This document shows positions 58,544-64,000 of a stretch of DNA of 64,000 nt, one piece after another; position 1 is the first letter of the stretch; each line of letters begins with the position of its first letter. A program made the position numbers and the translations under genes. Origin of the DNA: a virus (lineage: Duplodnaviria; Caudoviricetes); the IMG/VR virus record IMGVR_UViG_3300011008_002712. The stretch is one strand, 5' to 3'. The notes beneath the pieces are model-generated. The model saw only the letters and a program-made list of their open reading frames with translations, did not search any database and was not told the origin of the DNA.

Positions 58544-61500
58544 TTATTTATTTGCATCTCTATGAATACCTTGAGCTACTCTTTTAACAAATTCTGCATA
58601 TGATTCTGTTCCGCTATTACTGCTAACATACGGCTCTTGTTCTGTATATTGACTTTTAGCATCCTCTTTTAATCCAACATATACAAATTTTGTTTTATCA
58701 AAATCATACACATATATCGTATAATCAGATACTTTTGAAGCACTTCCTGTTCCGCCTTGAGATACCTTATAATATTCACCATGACTTTCATATGTACGCC
58801 GTTTCCAGCCATTTTGGAATGGTTTAAAATCAAGTTTTGTTGCGTCTTTTCCTTCATCACTCAATCTAAAAGTAGAATATTGATCAGCTCTTAAATCTTC
58901 TTCATTTTGTCCATCTTTACCTTCAATTTTCTTTAATTGAGGTTGAGCGATTTCGAGCCCATAAATGTCTTTAGCGATAGAAGTCAATGTATCTCCAGCT
59001 TTAATAACATAAGTTTGAGTATTTCCAACATATTTATCTCTTATAGCCATAATTTCACTTAAATCTGGGCAATACCCAGTATTCGTATCATAATATGTTT
59101 TATATAACAACATCATTTGATCAATAACAGACGGTTTGCCAAGCATTCTTCCATGAGTCAATGTCAATGTCATGGTTGATTCTTTTGCGCCCATTTGGAT
59201 GTCTCTTCTAATTGCAGAGACATAGTATATGCTTTGTGCATCTGTTTGCTGTGCCAGCCAACTTGCACCAACACCTTTATAGCCACTACCAGCAACTTTG
59301 CCAACAGTAATATTTACGTCATCGCCATCTTCTGTTAAAATTTTATTTAACTGATTTCCGCCACCGCCCAAATTCATTGAAGTTTGTGTATTTCCGCCGC
59401 TAATATTTTGTAATGAATTAGATATTTCATTTGAAAATGTATTCATTACACTTGAAGAAATTGCATTAGATGCGTCTTGTAATGTAATCTGTTTTTTAGA
59501 ATTAGACATATCACTTAGTGCTGATGACACATAACTTCCTTGTTCTTGAGATCCTAGCGGTTTATGAGGATGTTCATCATAAGCAAAAAATCTAATTGGA
59601 TTGCCAATCTTAATTGAAGAATCTTCTATCATATTTAACGTAGCAGAATATCTTTCAGCAACAGATTTTGCACATAACATATATGCCAATAAATGAGCAT
59701 TATTTTTATTTCCCATATGAGGGAAATTAAATACTTTTGGATTCGGACGACAACCGAAACGAATCATAGAATTTAAATCTGGAAAAACGCGTCTTATTTG
59801 AGTTTGTGGTCCACTAGAATCAAATGGAGAAAAATCGCCAGTAATATTAACTTCATACATATTAAACAAATTTTCATCACTATCAGTTAATGTAAATCCC
59901 ATAATATATTCTTGAGGAATTTCTGGTATCAATTCATCTGTAAGCTCAGACAACGTATGATCATACCACTTATGTTTTACTGATTCAAATTTGCTTTTTG
60001 ATATACTTCCATCACTAACGAACTCTGACTCATATATTTGTCCACCAGCTGCTTGCCATTGTTTATATCTCAAATCTACTTCAGATTGTAATTTTGCAGC
60101 ATAATCATTTTTGTCTAAATCTTCCGATTTATGAGTTGAAACACTAATGACTTTACCTTTTAATTTACTTAATTCTTGCGGACTGGCATTCATAGAATCA
60201 AATAATTCTCTATTACTATCATAAATTTCTTGCCAGTTGTTCCCGTCGCCAGTGTATGCTTCTGCGACATCATATAATGTCATTCCATCTTTAATTTCTA
60301 CGCCGACTGTACCTCTCATTAATCTATTTGCAACGGAATCTGTAATATCAGAACCAGATGCTAAATATTGCGCTGCATTTATATCGAAATGGCAATATTC
60401 GGCTATTTTATAACCATCTCGAGCGTCTTTATATTCTTTATATTCCTTTGTAAATACTTTTCTTTCTTCTACAGACGGATCTCTAATATATACGCCATCG
60501 TTACCTTTTATTTCACCATTCTTCTCATTTGGTTTGCTATTTTCGTCAGTACCTGGTTTTTTCATATAACCCTTATTTTTAAGTTCTTCGTCTGAACCTT
60601 CTTTTTCTATTGCTTTCTTAGTTATATCTTCTTGTTGTATGGCCCAATATTCATTAGTCATATTATACAAGCCAAGAGATTCTGAGTTTAGTAGTCCTCC
60701 TTTAAGTTGACTATATCCCATATTATTCTTGACTTTAGTATTAGCACCTAACGCATAATTTGGGCACTTCATTACTATATTTCCTTCTTCATCAGCAAAA
60801 AATTCTAACAATAAATCTTGAACAGCTCTTCTACATACACGAAGACGACTTTCTGTAGCAGCTGAAAAAACCTGGTCAGAAGATGATTGTTTTATATTGA
60901 CTGTAAATGGAGGAAACTGAATTGGTTCAATACGTTCAGTTAGATACCATGGTGGAATTCCGGCATCTAAACACATTTGACGTATAATCTTTTCTAATGC
61001 TAATCCACCAAAAATATCTTTTAACGCAAAACTTTTCCAAAGACTTTGCAGAGCCATTTGCTGTTCTTCACTTGAAGCATCGGCACCTTTTTCTCCCATA
61101 ATTGCCATAACTTCATAAGGATTATATATCTCAACAGTGCCAAAATGTTTTGGATCTTGACGCCCCCAACGTAAATCTATTCCTGGAGAACCAGACATTG
61201 TTGTTCCAGCTATCATAGAAGGTTGAGTTGAGACATAACTCAATTCCAATAATTTTAATTGGTCTTTAGCTGAAATAGATATGACACATCCATTTGTTCC
61301 ACCTGAAGCATGCGTCTTTTTAACATCATTAATATAACCAAAAAATATTTGATTCATCTTAAATTCGCCAGACGAATCTCTTTCAAAATTAGATTTACCA
61401 AAAACCCAAACCTCATCCATAGCTTCAAAATCACATTTTTCAGCTATTTTCCATTCACTTTTTGGCGTTTCAATATCATCTGGTTTAATTTTATAACTAT

Positions 61501-62344
61501 ATGGCCGTTCTAATTCTAACGCATCTTGTCTATTTTCTCCAACGATTTTGACATTAGTATAAGATTCTTGATAATAATCTTTTATGTCTGTTCTTTCTAC
61601 TTGCGTTGCGCCGCCAATGGTTGTTATGGTCCTATCACCAACCATATTGCCATTTTTGTCTTTCCATCCTTCTATTTCTCTTTTTTTCTTTTGATTAGCA
61701 TTTTGTTGTGCATTAATATTTGCAGTTGCATTTTTTATGGAAGAAGATTCATAGTCCATGGTATAAGAACTATGAATTCCACCATGTTCCATATCGGCAA
61801 TCAAATCATCAATAGATGGATTTGCTTTATCATTTGTCAAGCTGTGTTCATAACACATTACTCGTTCATTGCCTTTCATTGTTACAGAACACGTTCCAGA
61901 AGAAAGTATAGAATGGCTAATAGAAAGATTTGTAAAATTATCTATCTTATACGTACGCATATAATTGCCTTTTGACGTTATACTTGTATCGTCTTGTGAT
62001 TTTAATGTTCCATCTGTGTTATTTTCTTCAGCTTTTCCAATTTGTTGATTAGAAGCATTAGCAGCATAAAATAATTTTTTTCTTATTAAAACCACATAGT
62101 CTTGTCTAAAATTTACAATTTTTCTTGATCCAGCTCTTGGTTGATACTGTTCTTGCGTACCAACTAAATGTTGAGTATTATCATACATTTTATAAGCTTG
62201 ACCTTTTAGTATATCATCATTCGCAGAATAAACAACGGTACCAGCAGAAGCATCATACCCAATTGATCCTCCATTAGAAGATGATTCAGACGAATTTTCT
62301 TTTGTTCTATTTAAAGCTTCATTTTGTTCTTTGGTATCAGCCAT
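58544..62344 (-). CDS. Baseplate hub-like protein with LysM domains
   Basis: IFFGYI..V, I.AKD.LK.L, EFFADEEGNIV hub motifs; LysM-like KDGMTLYDVA..Y.GD..W..IY..N and YVIKAGDTLTSIAK..YG. Confidence 0.7.
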   Translation of the reverse strand: MADTKEQNEALNRTKENSSESSSNGGSIGYDASAGTVVYSANDDILKGQAYKMYDNTQHLVGTQEQYQPRAGSRKIVNFRQDYVVLIRKKLFYAANASNQQIGKAEENNTDGTLKSQDDTSITSKGNYMRTYKIDNFTNLSISHSILSSGTCSVTMKGNERVMCYEHSLTNDKANPSIDDLIADMEHGGIHSSYTMDYESSSIKNATANINAQQNANQKKKREIEGWKDKNGNMVGDRTITTIGGATQVERTDIKDYYQESYTNVKIVGENRQDALELERPYSYKIKPDDIETPKSEWKIAEKCDFEAMDEVWVFGKSNFERDSSGEFKMNQIFFGYINDVKKTHASGGTNGCVISISAKDQLKLLELSYVSTQPSMIAGTTMSGSPGIDLRWGRQDPKHFGTVEIYNPYEVMAIMGEKGADASSEEQQMALQSLWKSFALKDIFGGLALEKIIRQMCLDAGIPPWYLTERIEPIQFPPFTVNIKQSSSDQVFSAATESRLRVCRRAVQDLLLEFFADEEGNIVMKCPNYALGANTKVKNNMGYSQLKGGLLNSESLGLYNMTNEYWAIQQEDITKKAIEKEGSDEELKNKGYMKKPGTDENSKPNEKNGEIKGNDGVYIRDPSVEERKVFTKEYKEYKDARDGYKIAEYCHFDINAAQYLASGSDITDSVANRLMRGTVGVEIKDGMTLYDVAEAYTGDGNNWQEIYDSNRELFDSMNASPQELSKLKGKVISVSTHKSEDLDKNDYAAKLQSEVDLRYKQWQAAGGQIYESEFVSDGSISKSKFESVKHKWYDHTLSELTDELIPEIPQEYIMGFTLTDSDENLFNMYEVNITGDFSPFDSSGPQTQIRRVFPDLNSMIRFGCRPNPKVFNFPHMGNKNNAHLLAYMLCAKSVAERYSATLNMIEDSSIKIGNPIRFFAYDEHPHKPLGSQEQGSYVSSALSDMSNSKKQITLQDASNAISSSVMNTFSNEISNSLQNISGGNTQTSMNLGGGGNQLNKILTEDGDDVNITVGKVAGSGYKGVGASWLAQQTDAQSIYYVSAIRRDIQMGAKESTMTLTLTHGRMLGKPSVIDQMMLLYKTYYDTNTGYCPDLSEIMAIRDKYVGNTQTYVIKAGDTLTSIAKDIYGLEIAQPQLKKIEGKDGQNEEDLRADQYSTFRLSDEGKDATKLDFKPFQNGWKRRTYESHGEYYKVSQGGTGSASKVSDYTIYVYDFDKTKFVYVGLKEDAKSQYTEQEPYVSSNSGTESYAEFVKRVAQGIHRDANK

Positions 62345-62360
62345 TTATTTCACTACCTTT

Positions 62361-64000
62361 CTAAAAGAAATTGCCATTCTTATCTTGTTGTCCTAATCTA
62401 AATTGATTTCTTTCGCCAGAATATGCATTTCCAGAACCAAGTCCATTTAATCCATTTCCAACTTGCCAATTATTTGCAGCGCCAGAATTAGAAGATCCCA
62501 GCCAATCTATGTTCGTACTCAAAGCAGAATTAGCATAATCAGATATCAATGAAGAATTGACACCAGAATTAGAAGAATCTTTTTGATTTGTTTTTGTGCC
62601 GCCTCCAAGCATACCACCAATTGCATTTCCTAATGCTGAAATTCCAATACCAGTTAATACATTTTTTAAATCGCTTTTTTTGGTAGTTGACGTTCCAACA
62701 TTGCTACGTGGAACTTTTACTTGTTGCGTTATAGTAAATTTCATTGTATATGTAATTGACATAGTAGTTGCAACTTTAGTCCACGTAAATTGATCAAAAT
62801 GCCCTATAAAAACACGATCATCAAAGTAAATAAATATTTGTCTTGGACGATACATGTCTGTTAAATTATCTTCTATATCACTCCAAGCTTGAGAAGCCAC
62901 TGAACGATCTATTTTTCTATTTGCATTCATTGTTTGAACAGAACTAACAACTCTATTTAATTCTTGTGTTGTCATTCTGTTTAACGCATAATAATTTCCT
63001 TGTGTTGCTTGATTAGGCAATGCATAAGAAGGTCTTTCTTTTCCTCCCAAAAATGTCGCAATTGCATCAACACCAGCACCAGCATCTGCTCCAAGTTGTT
63101 CTAAAATGCCAGATGCATTGCCTCCCAAACCAGCTGATCCAAGCAGTAATTCCGCAGCCATATCTTTTACTGTCGCACTGTCATATCCGCCCATAATGCT
63201 ACCTAATGCTCCAGTTAGGCCATTTAAATTTTCTTTAAACGATCCTCCTGGATTAAATCCATTTTGAGCTATGCCTTGTCCTATACCACTTAGCGCTGTA
63301 CCAACAACAGCACCAGCTGCTCCATTAGCAGTTGCGCCAGCTAAATCTCCAAACAAGATTCCACCAACAGTATCAACTTTACCAGTACCAAAGCAACCGC
63401 CTCCAGTTCTATCACCAAGAGCTCCTCCTATAACAGATTCAACTTGTCCAAGGCCATCACTTAAAGTACCAATTACTTTATCATCAATATAATCTTTTGC
63501 TTTTTGAGCAATTCCATCTAATCCTGTAAGTTCTAGAATTCCGTCTGTTGAACTTCCAATATTTTTCTTTCCAGTCAATGATGTCATTTTGTTTGTATGA
63601 ACAGTTGTGACATCAACATTTTGGTATTTTAATAATGTACCAGAATGATGGTATACTTCTTCTAAAGCTTCTATGCCTTTCATTTGAGACATTCCAGTTT
63701 CTCCGGTAATGTCCATAGTCCAGACATCATCGCCATAGTGATGGAAATATATTCCTCCGCGGGTAAATACTTTTGCTTTTACTTTTTGCGTAGATATATT
63801 AATTTTATTCGGATTAATATATAAAACTATTTCTTTCCTTTGTGTTGGAGTAAGATAGTATTCTATTGACATAGGAATACGTTCTTTCAATGACATATAT
63901 CTATCTGATGCCATTTGAGCAGCTCCATAATTATCGGTAAGATAATTATTATATCTAGCTTGTGTTTGCATGAACTTTTTTGTAGCTGCTACATTTTTTA
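62361..64000 (-). CDS. Tail-tube initiator/baseplate organiser-like protein with Gly-rich insert (reading frame open to the window edge)
   Basis: LYINP..I....K......TRGG....H.GD and F.GHF..F.W...Y.M.F motifs; no stop upstream of 63971. Confidence 0.6.
   Translation of the reverse strand, partial: KNVAATKKFMQTQARYNNYLTDNYGAAQMASDRYMSLKERIPMSIEYYLTPTQRKEIVLYINPNKINISTQKVKAKVFTRGGIYFHHYGDDVWTMDITGETGMSQMKGIEALEEVYHHSGTLLKYQNVDVTTVHTNKMTSLTGKKNIGSSTDGILELTGLDGIAQKAKDYIDDKVIGTLSDGLGQVESVIGGALGDRTGGGCFGTGKVDTVGGILFGDLAGATANGAAGAVVGTALSGIGQGIAQNGFNPGGSFKENLNGLTGALGSIMGGYDSATVKDMAAELLLGSAGLGGNASGILEQLGADAGAGVDAIATFLGGKERPSYALPNQATQGNYYALNRMTTQELNRVVSSVQTMNANRKIDRSVASQAWSDIEDNLTDMYRPRQIFIYFDDRVFIGHFDQFTWTKVATTMSITYTMKFTITQQVKVPRSNVGTSTTKKSDLKNVLTGIGISALGNAIGGMLGGGTKTNQKDSSNSGVNSSLISDYANSALSTNIDWLGSSNSGAANNWQVGNGLNGLGSGNAYSGERNQFRLGQQDKNGNFF

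Noticed and set aside
1556-63492. Numerous short plus-strand ORFs in the six-frame track
   Set aside because: They are antisense shadows of well-supported minus-strand genes with no recognisable motifs; only 24393-24743 is retained
1-64000. Stop-codon reassignment (TAG/TGA recoding), as seen in some gut jumbo phages
   Set aside because: Conserved genes are full length in the standard code, and TAA, TAG and TGA all end genes at the expected positions
1-64000. CRISPR array, tRNA or rRNA genes
   Set aside because: No regularly spaced direct repeats or cloverleaf/T-loop motifs were seen in the intergenic gaps by eye; tRNAscan and CRISPR finders were not run
1-64000. Bacterial chromosome origin for the housekeeping-like genes (gyrAB, ligA, clpX, recJ, fhs)
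   Set aside because: The genes are divergent, lack their usual operon partners (e.g. clpP, tig) and are interleaved with phage baseplate genes and homing endonucleases on one strand

Overview
This is a 64 kb segment of a large, strongly AT-rich tailed (myovirus-type) phage genome, probably a jumbo phage of an anaerobic Firmicute. The host assignment is inferred from Firmicute-type fhs, ClpX, RecJ and gyrase genes and strong GGAGG/AGGTGA RBSs. Almost every gene is on the minus strand, and the standard genetic code reads cleanly. From right to left the modules are: (i) a baseplate/tail module (41.5-64 kb); (ii) an IS607 tnpA/tnpB element (39.3-41.3 kb); (iii) a replication and host-function module with Fhs, a PC4-like protein, an intein-containing SF2 helicase, a DnaC-like loader, DnaB, a primase Zn finger, HU, LigA, GyrB/GyrA, ClpX, RecJ, an OFA-family MFS transporter, a DHH enzyme, a WYL protein and a sigma factor; (iv) a DNA base-modification cluster (0.4-5.5 kb). 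The best candidate for a new system is a T4-like glucosyl-hydroxymethylcytosine pathway in a Firmicute phage. It consists of a dCMP-type thymidylate-synthase homologue, a T4 alpha-glucosyltransferase homologue, a dNMP kinase and a dCMP deaminase, apparently backed by its own one-carbon supply (a formate-type antiporter and formate-THF ligase). Other oddities are a free-standing, splicing-dead intein that keeps an intact HNH nuclease, a five-copy uncharacterised domain ending in (K/R)R(L/V/I)A, a glycosidase-like domain fused to a baseplate wedge protein, and a solo IS607-type HTH gene. All assignments come from motif recognition by eye; no searches were run.
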